A DNA stretch of 64,000 bases, taken from the IMG/VR virus record IMGVR_UViG_3300028025_000094; one strand, given 5' to 3'. A model generated the notes under the pieces. The model was not told the origin of the DNA, did not search any database, and saw only the letters and a list, made by a program, of their open reading frames with translations. Numbering within the stretch: the stretch's first letter is position 1; each line of letters begins with the position of its first letter. Position numbers and translations under genes: made by a program. Origin of the DNA: an uncultured virus (IMG/VR IMGVR_UViG_3300028025_000094) (taxonomy: Duplodnaviria; Heunggongvirae; Uroviricota; Caudoviricetes). Shown here in pieces: positions 1-10,726 of the stretch.

Positions 1-48
1 AAAGAGGATATTAATCTAGTATAATACATCTAAATTAATTGTTTATAG

Positions 49-75
49 AAGAAGACCATACGGTCTTCTTTTTTT
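49..75 (+). terminator. Intrinsic terminator upstream of the giant fibre gene
   Basis: Stem AAGAAGACC / loop ATAC / GGTCTTCTT followed by TTTTT. Confidence 0.85.
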
Positions 76-107
76 GTTGCTAAATATATCTTACCCAAAT
101 TGACTAT

Positions 108-115
108 GATATATA
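108..115 (+). promoter_or_regulatory. Putative late promoter GATATATA
   Basis: Octamer recurring ~15-40 nt upstream of most virion genes; resembles T4 late TATAAATA. Confidence 0.7.
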
Positions 116-137
116 GGGTTGAATAAAAGTACTAGAG

Positions 138-3100
138 TTGTCACAGAAAACCAGATCGGAACTTAGGATAAGATTCCAAACAGGAGATATACCAACCCAA
201 GAGGATTTTAAAGATGTATTTGATAGCTTCTATAATATCTTAGAGGATCCACTTAATACAGCGGTTGGCCCAACAGGTCCTCAGGGACCATTAGGTGCAA
301 CTGGACCAACAGGGGCTACTGGGGAAACAGGTGCTACAGGAGAAGCTGGTGCTACTGGTGCTACCGGTGCTACCGGAGAAATTGGCGATACTGGTGCTAC
401 TGGTGCAACTGGTCCAGCTGGTACACCCGGTGCTACTGGAGGGCAAGGAATAGCCGGTGCTACCGGTGCTACCGGTGCTACTGGACCTGCTGGTGCTACC
501 GGTGCTACAGGTAGTCCAGGGGTTGCTGGTAGTAATGGAAATGACGGAACCTCTGGTACTTCTGGGGAAACGGGAACCTCTGGTACTTCCGGAGCTGATG
601 GTACTTCTGGACAAGACGGAACATCTGGAGCTGATGGTACTTCTGGTACTTCTGGTCAGGATGGTACTTCTGGACAGGACGGTACTTCCGGTGAATCTGG
701 AACATCTGGAGAATCTGGTACCTCCGGTGAATCTGGTACTTCTGGCGAATCTGGTACTTCTGGTCAGGATGGTACTTCTGGTGTTGATGGTACTTCTGGT
801 CAGGATGGCACTTCAGGAATTGACGGAACAAGTGGTATTGATGGTACTTCTGGAATAGACGGAACAAGTGGCACCGACGGAACAAGTGGCACCGACGGAA
901 CAAGTGGTACTGATGGTACTTCTGGAATAGATGGAACAAGTGGTACTGATGGTACTTCTGGAATAGACGGAACAAGTGGTACAGATGGTACTTCAGGAAT
1001 AGATGGTACCTCGGGCATTGATGGTACTTCTGGAACAAGTGGTATTGATGGTACTTCTGGAACAAGTGGTATTGATGGTACTTCGGGAATAGACGGAACA
1101 AGTGGTATTGATGGTACTTCAGGAATAGACGGAACAAGTGGTACAGATGGTACTTCAGGAATAGATGGTACTTCTGGAATAGACGGAACAAGTGGTACTG
1201 ACGGAACAAGCGGTACGGATGGAACTTCGGGAATAGACGGAACAAGTGGTACGGATGGTACTTCAGGAATAGATGGAACAAGTGGCACCGACGGAACAAG
1301 TGGTACTGATGGTACTTCTGGTGTTGATGGTACTTCTGGTCAGGATGGCACTTCAGGAATTGACGGAACAAGTGGTATTGATGGTACTTCTGGAACAGAT
1401 GGAACAAGTGGTACTGACGGAACAAGTGGTATTGATGGTACTTCAGGAACAGATGGAACAAGTGGCACCGACGGAACAAGCGGTGAATCAGGTACTTCTG
1501 GAATAGATGGTACCTCGGGCATTGATGGTACTTCAGGCATTGACGGAACAAGTGGTACAGATGGAACCTCTGGTGAATCTGGAACTTCTGGAATAGATGG
1601 AACAAGTGGTACTGACGGTACTTCAGGAACAGATGGTACTTCTGGTGAATCTGGAACTTCGGGAATAGATGGAACAAGTGGTACAGACGGAACTTCAGGA
1701 ACAGACGGAACATCTGGTGAATCTGGTACTTCTGGTGAATCCGGTACTTCTGGTGAATCAGGAACATCTGGTGAATCTGGTACTTCTGGTGAATCAGGAA
1801 CTTCCGGTGAATCAGGAACTTCTGGTGAATCTGGAACTTCTGGAACAGATGGAACAAGCGGTACGGACGGAACTTCTGGAATAGATGGAACAAGTGGTAC
1901 AGATGGAACATCTGGGCAAGACGGTACATCAGGAATTTCTGGTGTAGATGGAATAGATGGAACAAGTGGAACTTCAGGAACAGACGGAACATCCGGCGAA
2001 TCTGGAACCTCGGGAACAGATGGAACAAGTGGAACTTCAGGAACAGACGGTACTTCAGGAATAGACGGAACAAGTGGTACGGATGGTACCTCTGGTGAAT
2101 CAGGCACTTCTGGTGAATCTGGAACTTCTGGAACAGATGGAACATCAGGTACTGATGGAACTTCTGGTGAATCTGGAACCTCAGGAACGGATGGAACAAG
2201 TGGTACAGATGGCACTTCGGGAATAGACGGAACATCTGGTACAGACGGAACATCTGGTGAATCAGGCACTTCTGGTGAATCCGGAACTTCTGGAACAGAT
2301 GGAACAAGTGGTACTGATGGAACTTCTGGAGAATCTGGAACCTCAGGAACGGACGGAACAAGTGGTACAGATGGAACATCTGGTGAATCAGGTACTTCAG
2401 GAACAGATGGTACTTCAGGTACTGATGGAACAAGTGGTGAATCGGGTACTTCAGGAACAGACGGAACTTCAGGAACAGACGGAACATCTGGTGAATCAGG
2501 CACTTCTGGTGAATCTGGAACTTCTGGAATAGACGGAACAAGTGGTACAGATGGTACTTCAGGTACTGATGGAACTTCTGGTGAATCTGGAACTTCAGGA
2601 ACAGATGGAACATCTGGTGAATCAGGTACTTCAGGAACAGATGGTACTTCTGGAACAGATGGAACAAGTGGTACAGATGGTACTTCTGGTGAATCTGGAA
2701 CTTCAGGAATAGACGGAACAAGTGGTACAGATGGTACTTCAGGAACAGACGGAACGTCTGGTGAATCGGGTACTTCTGGTGAATCTGGAACCTCGGGAAC
2801 AGACGGAACTTCGGGAACGGATGGTACTTCTGGTGAATCAGGTACTTCTGGAACAGACGGAACTTCGGGTACTGATGGTACTTCTGGTGAATCTGGAACT
2901 TCTGGAACAGACGGAACAAGTGGTACCGATGGAACTTCTGGTGAATCTGGAACTTCTGGAACAGACGGAACAAGTGGTACAGATGGTACTTCTGGTGAAT
3001 CTGGAACCTCAGGGACAGATGGATCAAGTGGAACTTCAGGAACAGACGGAACAAGTGGTACCGATGGTACTTCTGGTGAATCTGGAACTTCTGGAACAGA

Positions 3101-6100
3101 CGGAACAAGTGGTACTGATGGAACAAGCGGAACCTCAGGTACAGACGGTACTTCTGGTACTTCTGGTGAATCTGGAACTTCAGGAACAGATGGAACAAGT
3201 GGTACAGATGGTACTTCAGGAACGGACGGAACAAGTGGTACAGATGGCTCATCAGGAACCTCAGGAACTTCAGGAACAGACGGAACATCAGGTACCGATG
3301 GTACTTCTGGTGAATCTGGAACTTCAGGAACAGACGGAACATCAGGTACAGACGGAACCTCTGGTGAATCCGGAACCTCAGGTACAGACGGTACCTCTGG
3401 TACAGACGGAACAAGTGGTACAGATGGAACTTCTGGAGAATCCGGAACCTCAGGAACGGACGGAACAAGTGGTACTGATGGTACTTCTGGTGAATCTGGA
3501 ACCTCGGGTACAGACGGTACTTCAGGTGAATCTGGAACCTCCGGGCAGGACGGTACATCAGGAATTTCGGGAGTAGACGGAATAGACGGAACCTCAGGAA
3601 CGAGCGGAACATCTGGAACAGGTGGTACTTCTGGTACTGATGGAACTTCTGGTACCGATGGAACCTCCGGTGAATCCGGTACTTCGGGTACTGACGGAAC
3701 CTCAGGTACAGATGGAACATCAGGAACAGATGGAACAAGTGGTACTTCAGGAACAGATGGAACTTCCGGTACAGATGGAACATCAGGAACAGATGGAACA
3801 AGTGGTACTTCAGGAACAGATGGAACTTCCGGTACAGACGGAACAAGTGGAACAGACGGAACTTCTGGAACCTCAGGAACAGACGGAACATCAGGTACCG
3901 ATGGTACTTCTGGTGAATCTGGAACTTCAGGAACAGACGGAACATCAGGAACATCTGGTACAGATGGAACAAGTGGAACTTCTGGAACTTCAGGTACAGA
4001 CGGAACAAGTGGAACAGACGGAACTTCAGGAACCTCAGGAACAAGTGGTACAGATGGCTCATCAGGAACTTCAGGTACATCAGGAACAGACGGAACAAGC
4101 GGTACTTCAGGATCTAGCGGACAGGATGGTCAAGATGGCCAATCATCAAACATTTATGAGTATCAAGCTAAAACCGGAGTAACCTCAGGTAATCCTGGAT
4201 CCGGGCATATAATTTGGAACAATTCTACTCAGATAAATTCAACAAGTATTAATGTCAATATGACTACACAGTCTGGTATTGATATTGATTTATTTTTATC
4301 ACTAATAGTACAAGGTCAACAATTTGTTATACAGGATCAAAATATTTCTGAAAATTATCAAGTGTGGGAAGTTAATGGAACTCCTACACAAACATTAGTT
4401 AGCGGAAGCGAATATTATTGGACCCTTCCAGTTTCCTTAATAAGTTCATTAGGAACTGGGCAGTCAAATTTTTCTAATAACCAGGAGGTAATATTAGCTT
4501 TATTTGCTGCTTCTGGAACATCAGGAACGGCAGGAACATCGGGCACAGCAGGAACGAGTGGAACCTCGGGTACGGACGGAACAAGTGGTACGGATGGCTC
4601 ATCAGGAACTTCAGGTACATCAGGAACAGACGGAACTTCAGGAACAGACGGAACCTCGGGTACAGATGGTACTTCTGGTGAATCTGGAACTTCCGGAACA
4701 GATGGAACAGGTGGTACTTCAGGAACAGATGGTACATCGGGTGAATCTGGGACCTCAGGAACAGACGGTACTTCTGGTGAATCTGGAACCTCGGGAACAG
4801 ACGGAACAAGTGGAACATCAGGAACAGACGGTAGCTCTGGAACCTCGGGTGAATCTGGAACTTCTGGTGCTGCTGGAGGTAACGGAGCATTAACTTCAAC
4901 CTGGTCTAAGTCTGGTTCAAACCCACCAAGCACCGGTCAATTTTACTGGACTGGAGGTAGCGGAGATCTAGTAATAGATTCAGCTGATATTAATAATACC
5001 AGTTGGAGTGCTTTCTTAAGTAGTGCTGCATTACCAATTATTATACAAGTTATTGAAGTTGGTAATCCAACCAGTATCGGTGTAATAAAATACACATACA
5101 GAAACGCAGCTGGTACTTATTTCACGTTCAGTAGCGGAACTTTTTTAAATGGTGGAACAGCACCTTCAGGAAATTGCTTTATATCATTCCAATCGCAAGC
5201 AACTGACGGAACATCTGGAACATCTGGAACAGATGGTAGCTCAGGAACATCCGGTACAGACGGTACTTCAGGAACCTCTGGAACAGACGGAACAAGTGGA
5301 ACCTCTGGTACTGATGGTACTTCTGGTACAGACGGATCTTCAGGAACATCTGGTACTTCTGGCGAATCTGGAACCTCAGGTACAGATGGAACAAGCGGAA
5401 CCTCTGGAACAGACGGAACCTCTGGAACAGACGGTACTTCTGGTGAATCCGGAACCTCAGGTACAGACGGTACTTCTGGTGAATCCGGAACATCAGGAAC
5501 AGACGGAACAAGTGGTACAGACGGTACTTCTGGTACAGATGGAACTTCAGGTGAATCTGGAACATCAGGAACAGACGGAACAAGTGGTACTTCTGGTACA
5601 AGCGGAACCTCAGGAACTGACGGAACATCAGGTAGCTCTGGAACATCAGGAACAGACGGAACAAGCGGAACCTCAGGATCTTCAGGTAGCACTGGTACTT
5701 CTGGAACCTCAGGATCTTCAGGTAGCGCTGGTACTTCTGGATCTTCCGGATCTTCGGGATCTACTGGTACATCAGGATCTACTGGTACATCAGGAACTGC
5801 AGGAACATCCGGAAGTGCAGGTAGCTCTGGATCAAGTGGGGTTTCTGGATCAACAGGTACTTCAGGAAGTGCAGGAACGTCAGGGGTCAGCGGACTTAGT
5901 GGTCTTGATGGTACTTCAGGAACTGCTGGATCTTCAGGATCAACAGGTTCTTCTGGTACTTCAGGAAGTGCAGGATCTTCAGGAACAAGTGGAACTTCAG
6001 GTTCTTCCGGATCTACTGGTACATCAGGAACTGCAGGAACTTCTGGAAGTGCAGGTAGCTCTGGATCATCGGGATCTACGGGTACTTCAGGAACATCAGG

Positions 6101-7571
6101 AAGTGCGGGTACCTCGGGATCTACGGGAACTTCTGGATCCTCGGGTAGCACAGGAACTTCAGGATCTGCTGGAACATCAGGTTCTTCAGGATCATCAGGA
6201 TCTTCAGGATCTGCAGGAACAAGTGGAACTTCAGGATCCTCTGGACAAACTGGTGCTGCTGGTTCTTCTGGTAGCTCTGGATCAACAGGATCTTCTGGAT
6301 CAACAGGATCTTCAGGGACATCAGGAAGTGCAGGTACATCAGGAACAAGCGGAACTACAGGAACATCAGGTTCTGCTGGTAGTTCTGGATCCTCTGGATC
6401 TACAGGTTCTTCCGGAACAAGTGGAACTTCTGGATCAAGCGGAACTTCTGGATCTGCTGGTAGTTCAGGATCTTCAGGATCAGCAGGTTCTTCAGGAACA
6501 AGTGGAACTTCTGGATCTGCAGGAACAAGTGGAACATCAGGATCTTCCGGATCTTCTGGTAGTTCAGGATCTTCAGGATCAGCAGGTTCTTCTGGAACTG
6601 GGGGTTCTTCTGGAACAAGTGGAACTTCAGGTTCCTCTGGATCAACAGGTTCTTCCGGTAGTTCAGGACAAACAGGTGCTGCAGGTAGTTCGGGATCTTC
6701 AGGATCAGCAGGTTCTTCTGGAACAAGCGGAACCTCGGGATCTTCTGGATCTTCCGGATCTTCGGGATCAACAGGTTCTTCCGGAACATCAGGAACTTCT
6801 GGATCTGCAGGAACAAGTGGAACATCAGGATCTTCAGGTAGCTCTGGACAAACAGGTGCTGCAGGTAGTTCTGGATCTTCGGGATCAACAGGTTCTTCTG
6901 GAACAAGCGGAACATCAGGTTCTTCTGGATCTGCTGGTTCTTCTGGATCTGCTGGTTCTTCTGGATCTACAGGATCCTCGGGATCAACAGGAACCTCAGG
7001 AACATCAGTTTCGGTTTCCGGTACGAATAATACTTATGTTAAGTTTACCTCCGGAACCACAGTAGGTAACTCAGCATTCTCAATCAGAGATAACACAACA
7101 AACTCTGCATTGAATCTAGGTACGCAAGCAAACTCTTCTAGATATGGTGAGATTGCTCAAGCAGTAACTACTATTTCGTCATCCAATGACATGCAACATG
7201 GTAAGGTGATGGCTAAATTTGCGATTGCTTCTGCTTCCACTCAGACACTAAACCTAAACACGTCAACCGATAGAATTACAGTTCCAAACAACTCTGTTGT
7301 TGCATTCACTGTTAATCTGGTAATTCAAGACGATACCAACCAAAACGTAGACTATAGAAGATACGAAGGTGCGATTAGAAATATAGGAGGAACAACCTCA
7401 ATTGTTGGAGTGGTAACAGAGATCACAATCACACAAGACAGTTCATTATTCACATGTGCTGTTACTGCAGATAACACCAACGATGCACTTTCAATAGCAG
7501 TCACAAACTCTGGTTCTAACACAATCAAATGTTTAGGTACTGTTAACATCTATCAGATAACAAAGGGATAA
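138..7571 (+). CDS. Giant collagen-like (Gly-X-Y) Ser/Thr-rich fibre protein, 2477 aa
   Basis: TTG start. N-terminal [19 protein letters not shown] motif, then GPT/GAT and GTS-GTD/GES/GID repeats, two globular inserts (~4140-4510, ~4890-5200), GSS repeats and a beta-rich C-terminal domain. No S74 domain. Confidence 0.85.
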   Translation: MSQKTRSELRIRFQTGDIPTQEDFKDVFDSFYNILEDPLNTAVGPTGPQGPLGATGPTGATGETGATGEAGATGATGATGEIGDTGATGATGPAGTPGATGGQGIAGATGATGATGPAGATGATGSPGVAGSNGNDGTSGTSGETGTSGTSGADGTSGQDGTSGADGTSGTSGQDGTSGQDGTSGESGTSGESGTSGESGTSGESGTSGQDGTSGVDGTSGQDGTSGIDGTSGIDGTSGIDGTSGTDGTSGTDGTSGTDGTSGIDGTSGTDGTSGIDGTSGTDGTSGIDGTSGIDGTSGTSGIDGTSGTSGIDGTSGIDGTSGIDGTSGIDGTSGTDGTSGIDGTSGIDGTSGTDGTSGTDGTSGIDGTSGTDGTSGIDGTSGTDGTSGTDGTSGVDGTSGQDGTSGIDGTSGIDGTSGTDGTSGTDGTSGIDGTSGTDGTSGTDGTSGESGTSGIDGTSGIDGTSGIDGTSGTDGTSGESGTSGIDGTSGTDGTSGTDGTSGESGTSGIDGTSGTDGTSGTDGTSGESGTSGESGTSGESGTSGESGTSGESGTSGESGTSGESGTSGTDGTSGTDGTSGIDGTSGTDGTSGQDGTSGISGVDGIDGTSGTSGTDGTSGESGTSGTDGTSGTSGTDGTSGIDGTSGTDGTSGESGTSGESGTSGTDGTSGTDGTSGESGTSGTDGTSGTDGTSGIDGTSGTDGTSGESGTSGESGTSGTDGTSGTDGTSGESGTSGTDGTSGTDGTSGESGTSGTDGTSGTDGTSGESGTSGTDGTSGTDGTSGESGTSGESGTSGIDGTSGTDGTSGTDGTSGESGTSGTDGTSGESGTSGTDGTSGTDGTSGTDGTSGESGTSGIDGTSGTDGTSGTDGTSGESGTSGESGTSGTDGTSGTDGTSGESGTSGTDGTSGTDGTSGESGTSGTDGTSGTDGTSGESGTSGTDGTSGTDGTSGESGTSGTDGSSGTSGTDGTSGTDGTSGESGTSGTDGTSGTDGTSGTSGTDGTSGTSGESGTSGTDGTSGTDGTSGTDGTSGTDGSSGTSGTSGTDGTSGTDGTSGESGTSGTDGTSGTDGTSGESGTSGTDGTSGTDGTSGTDGTSGESGTSGTDGTSGTDGTSGESGTSGTDGTSGESGTSGQDGTSGISGVDGIDGTSGTSGTSGTGGTSGTDGTSGTDGTSGESGTSGTDGTSGTDGTSGTDGTSGTSGTDGTSGTDGTSGTDGTSGTSGTDGTSGTDGTSGTDGTSGTSGTDGTSGTDGTSGESGTSGTDGTSGTSGTDGTSGTSGTSGTDGTSGTDGTSGTSGTSGTDGSSGTSGTSGTDGTSGTSGSSGQDGQDGQSSNIYEYQAKTGVTSGNPGSGHIIWNNSTQINSTSINVNMTTQSGIDIDLFLSLIVQGQQFVIQDQNISENYQVWEVNGTPTQTLVSGSEYYWTLPVSLISSLGTGQSNFSNNQEVILALFAASGTSGTAGTSGTAGTSGTSGTDGTSGTDGSSGTSGTSGTDGTSGTDGTSGTDGTSGESGTSGTDGTGGTSGTDGTSGESGTSGTDGTSGESGTSGTDGTSGTSGTDGSSGTSGESGTSGAAGGNGALTSTWSKSGSNPPSTGQFYWTGGSGDLVIDSADINNTSWSAFLSSAALPIIIQVIEVGNPTSIGVIKYTYRNAAGTYFTFSSGTFLNGGTAPSGNCFISFQSQATDGTSGTSGTDGSSGTSGTDGTSGTSGTDGTSGTSGTDGTSGTDGSSGTSGTSGESGTSGTDGTSGTSGTDGTSGTDGTSGESGTSGTDGTSGESGTSGTDGTSGTDGTSGTDGTSGESGTSGTDGTSGTSGTSGTSGTDGTSGSSGTSGTDGTSGTSGSSGSTGTSGTSGSSGSAGTSGSSGSSGSTGTSGSTGTSGTAGTSGSAGSSGSSGVSGSTGTSGSAGTSGVSGLSGLDGTSGTAGSSGSTGSSGTSGSAGSSGTSGTSGSSGSTGTSGTAGTSGSAGSSGSSGSTGTSGTSGSAGTSGSTGTSGSSGSTGTSGSAGTSGSSGSSGSSGSAGTSGTSGSSGQTGAAGSSGSSGSTGSSGSTGSSGTSGSAGTSGTSGTTGTSGSAGSSGSSGSTGSSGTSGTSGSSGTSGSAGSSGSSGSAGSSGTSGTSGSAGTSGTSGSSGSSGSSGSSGSAGSSGTGGSSGTSGTSGSSGSTGSSGSSGQTGAAGSSGSSGSAGSSGTSGTSGSSGSSGSSGSTGSSGTSGTSGSAGTSGTSGSSGSSGQTGAAGSSGSSGSTGSSGTSGTSGSSGSAGSSGSAGSSGSTGSSGSTGTSGTSVSVSGTNNTYVKFTSGTTVGNSAFSIRDNTTNSALNLGTQANSSRYGEIAQAVTTISSSNDMQHGKVMAKFAIASASTQTLNLNTSTDRITVPNNSVVAFTVNLVIQDDTNQNVDYRRYEGAIRNIGGTTSIVGVVTEITITQDSSLFTCAVTADNTNDALSIAVTNSGSNTIKCLGTVNIYQITKG
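267..7008 (+). repeat. Degenerate 9/18-bp coding tandem repeats (Gly-X-Y)
   Basis: Units such as ggaacttca/ggtacttct/ggaacagac with heavy synonymous variation; exact 88-bp duplicate at 768-855 and 1308-1395. Confidence 0.95.
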
Positions 7572-7581
7572 TTTAAATTGA

Positions 7582-7589
7582 GATAAATA
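7582..7589 (+). promoter_or_regulatory. Putative late promoter GATAAATA
   Basis: Variant of the recurring octamer, upstream of 7629. Confidence 0.55.
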
Positions 7590-7590
7590 G

Positions 7591-7620
7591 AGAGCGATGT
7601 AACCATCGCTCTTTATTATT
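7591..7620 (+). terminator. Hairpin / probable terminator after the giant fibre gene
   Basis: AGAGCGATG-TAAC-CATCGCTCT followed by TTATTATT. Confidence 0.65.
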
Positions 7621-7628
7621 ATAGATGG

Positions 7629-10600
7629 ATGAGTAATTATAAACTTAAAAATTTTGATGGGATTGTATTTGATACCAACGGTAAAGGTATCGGACTACCT
7701 CAGATAGACAACATTAGTAACGCAACCACCAGCGGCATACCTGCTGGTAGTTTAATGTATGCTATTGCTCAAAATTCAATCTACTATTTTAATGGCACTG
7801 CATGGGTAAGCGGACAAGGAACCTCTGGGACATCTGGTGTTAATGGATCATCAGGATCGTCCGGAAGTACTGGATCATCAGGTTCGAGTGGCACGTCGGG
7901 ATCTTCAGGAAGTACTGGATCATCAGGATCTTCGGGAAGCACTGGTACAAGCGGATCTTCTGGATCGTCAGGAAGTACAGGATCAAGCGGAAGTTCAGGA
8001 AGTACTGGATCAAGTGGATCATCCGGATCGTCAGGATCATCAGGATCTACTGGTATATCAGGTACCTCAGGAACTGGGGGAAGCTCTGGATCATCGGGAT
8101 CATCTGGTCTTTCAATGGTGTTTAAGGGCACATACTCAGCCGGTACGACATACGCAGCTAATGATGTAGTTTATCATAACGGAAGTTCATACGTGTCGCT
8201 ACTGGGTGGTAACGTGGGTAATACACCAAGTTCTTCTCCTAGTCAATGGAGTCTAGCTGCACTGGCAGGAACTAACGGAAGCTCAGGATCATCAGGATCT
8301 TCAGGAAGCTCTGGTTCTTCGGGACAAAGTGGTGCTGCTGGTTCTTCTGGATCATCAGGTTCTTCTGGTCAAAACGGAGCTGCTGGATCTTCAGGATCAT
8401 CGGGTCAAACAGGTGCTGCTGGATCTTCGGGTAGCTCAGGATCATCAGGACAAACTGGTGGTTCTGGATCGTCCGGATCTAGCGGAACTTCAGGAACTGG
8501 GGGATCTTCAGGAACCTCTGGTGCTAATGGAGTTGCTGGATCATCAGGATCCTCTGGTAGTTCTGGCCAAACCGGCGGAGCAGGATCCTCCGGAAGTTCT
8601 GGTTCTTCTGGTCAAACTGGAGGAGCAGGATCATCAGGAACATCAGGAGCTGGGGTTTCAATAGCCAACAATGTTGATAATTACGTTCTAACAGCAACTG
8701 GATCTGGAATTAATGGAGAGTCTAGATTAACATTTGATGGAGCAACACTTACAGTTAATCCTACTGGGAGTTCAACAGCAACTACTCTTGCTTTTGGTAG
8801 TGGAGACAATGCCACGATTGCTTCTTATTATTCTATGACTTTTCAAGTCAATAGTTCTAACACTCAAAGTGGCAGAACATACAATTGGAACAAAGCAGGA
8901 ACTGGGTACGGAAACGGATCAAATCTAATGTCTCTTGCTGCTGACACGAATGTTCTTGCATTGAACGGAAGTGTAAATTCTAGAGCATATTCTATACCAG
9001 GTCAATCTGGAGCAGGAACCTATCAATATGGATTAACGAATTCGCCCACATGGAACGTAAATCAGGGTAGTTATACTAATAATAACGCAACAGCACCAGA
9101 CGGATCAACAACAGCCGCTACCTATACACTGAGCACAGCATCTTGGGATTTATACCAGACTATTGCTGCTACATCAGGTGTTGTTTATAGAGTAGGCGTA
9201 TGGGTTAAACTTGGAACTGCCACAAATTTTTGTATTGTTCTAAATAACACCCAAGCATGGAATACAGTAAGTGGAAAGGCATTTAATTCTAGCGATGGAC
9301 TAAGCACGTCAAAATGGACCCACGTCTCTCTTACTTTCACCGGTCCAAGTACTGGAAATATAAATCTTCACATCGGGGGTCACTCTGAAAGCATCACACA
9401 ACAAACAGCAGGTACTGTTTTTGTTTGGAACTGGGAGGTTATAACAGGGGCTTCAACCTGGGTTAGTAACATCGATGATGAGATAAGATTACCAAGCAGC
9501 AGTATATTTACATCAAGGGGATTACTAGGAATCGGAACAACTTCTCCCTCAGTAAGACTTCAGGTGGTCGGTGACAATTCAACCGAAGGCCAATTATATG
9601 TTGGTAATACCGATGTAACATATTCAGCAGGAATAAATTTTACAACATCTGGTACAAACAGAGGATTTGTAGGATGGAGGCATACGAACTCTGGATCCCC
9701 ATATTCATTAACAGGTATCCATTTATTTAATACAGATAACTCTAATATTGTATTTGGTACTAATGGTGCTGTCAGAGCAGTAATTAATCTTAATGGTAAT
9801 CTTGGGGTAGGTACTACCACACCGAGCTACAGATTAGAAGTAGTAACCGGGGGAGCACTTGCACAAAGATTACAAAGTTCTAATTCTACCGTAGGAAATC
9901 CAATTATAGATATCTATGATGCAGGAAGGGTACAGGAGACTGTAATTTCTTCCACTGATGGAACAACAACAGGAACTTATATAGCTTCCTATTCTAATCA
10001 TCCCCTATTATTCGGTACAAACGCGGGGTCTTCCCCGACTGCTAAGGTGAGAATAGAGGCAGATCAAGTTAGCACCCCAATATCAACTATGAAAATAGGA
10101 CCAGGGGGAATCCTTTGGGGTGGTAATAATAGCGGTAAAGAAATTAATTCGTGCCAGATCTCTGCTGGATATCACCTGGCCAACTCAATGAACTTTGTCG
10201 GTATGTCTTCAGGAACTAGTTCCACTGATAGACGCATGGACTTCTGGGTTGAAGGAGGAGCATTCTTTAGAGGTACACTCACGGCAACTGGTGATATAGT
10301 GGCTTATGGTTCCACTTCAGATATCAGACTTAAGAAAAATATTATATTAATAAACGGAGCTCTAGACACCCTAATGAAAGTCAATGGCTATACTTTCCAA
10401 TGGAATGAAAAAGCACCAGTGGAAAAAAGAGACAAGACGGAATATGGTGTTATAGCTCAGGAAGTTGAAGCAGCAGGTCTAGATCTTCTTATCAGAGATT
10501 ATATTAGACCCGTAAATGAAACTGGTGGAGATGATACCCCTCCCGAAGTTTGGAAATCTGTTCAGTATGAAAAATTCGTTCCTATCTTAATTGAAGCAAT

Positions 10601-10673
10601 CAAAGAACTCTCCACAGAAAATCAGGAATTAAAAGCTCGTTTAGAACTAATTGAGGCAAAGATAAAAGACTAA
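7629..10673 (+). CDS. Tail fibre 1: shared N-anchor, GSS repeats, CBM-like modules, C-terminal peptidase S74 chaperone
   Basis: TSDIRLKKNI...EYGVIAQEVE...VPILIEAIKEL S74 signature; repeated GIGTTSP fibre motifs. Confidence 0.85.
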   Translation: MSNYKLKNFDGIVFDTNGKGIGLPQIDNISNATTSGIPAGSLMYAIAQNSIYYFNGTAWVSGQGTSGTSGVNGSSGSSGSTGSSGSSGTSGSSGSTGSSGSSGSTGTSGSSGSSGSTGSSGSSGSTGSSGSSGSSGSSGSTGISGTSGTGGSSGSSGSSGLSMVFKGTYSAGTTYAANDVVYHNGSSYVSLLGGNVGNTPSSSPSQWSLAALAGTNGSSGSSGSSGSSGSSGQSGAAGSSGSSGSSGQNGAAGSSGSSGQTGAAGSSGSSGSSGQTGGSGSSGSSGTSGTGGSSGTSGANGVAGSSGSSGSSGQTGGAGSSGSSGSSGQTGGAGSSGTSGAGVSIANNVDNYVLTATGSGINGESRLTFDGATLTVNPTGSSTATTLAFGSGDNATIASYYSMTFQVNSSNTQSGRTYNWNKAGTGYGNGSNLMSLAADTNVLALNGSVNSRAYSIPGQSGAGTYQYGLTNSPTWNVNQGSYTNNNATAPDGSTTAATYTLSTASWDLYQTIAATSGVVYRVGVWVKLGTATNFCIVLNNTQAWNTVSGKAFNSSDGLSTSKWTHVSLTFTGPSTGNINLHIGGHSESITQQTAGTVFVWNWEVITGASTWVSNIDDEIRLPSSSIFTSRGLLGIGTTSPSVRLQVVGDNSTEGQLYVGNTDVTYSAGINFTTSGTNRGFVGWRHTNSGSPYSLTGIHLFNTDNSNIVFGTNGAVRAVINLNGNLGVGTTTPSYRLEVVTGGALAQRLQSSNSTVGNPIIDIYDAGRVQETVISSTDGTTTGTYIASYSNHPLLFGTNAGSSPTAKVRIEADQVSTPISTMKIGPGGILWGGNNSGKEINSCQISAGYHLANSMNFVGMSSGTSSTDRRMDFWVEGGAFFRGTLTATGDIVAYGSTSDIRLKKNIILINGALDTLMKVNGYTFQWNEKAPVEKRDKTEYGVIAQEVEAAGLDLLIRDYIRPVNETGGDDTPPEVWKSVQYEKFVPILIEAIKELSTENQELKARLELIEAKIKD

Positions 10674-10693
10674 TTTCTCTTCTTTGAAATTAA

Positions 10694-10701
10694 GGTATAT
10701 A
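10694..10701 (+). promoter_or_regulatory. Putative late promoter GGTATATA
   Basis: Variant octamer 25 nt upstream of 10727. Confidence 0.6.
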
Positions 10702-10726
10702 GAGAGAATCTAGTAGATATCTTTTA

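Noticed and set aside
505..4098. 1197-aa minus-strand ORF and many other off-frame ORFs (PEVP/PDDP, LLV/QE, FRLF repeats) across 0.3-36 kb
   Set aside because: These are shadows of the stop-poor 9-bp coding repeats. They coincide exactly with the Gly-X-Y tracts and have no promoter context.
550..7000. Regular repeats resembling a CRISPR array or satellite
   Set aside because: There are no unique spacers, variation is largely synonymous in one frame, and no cas genes are present.
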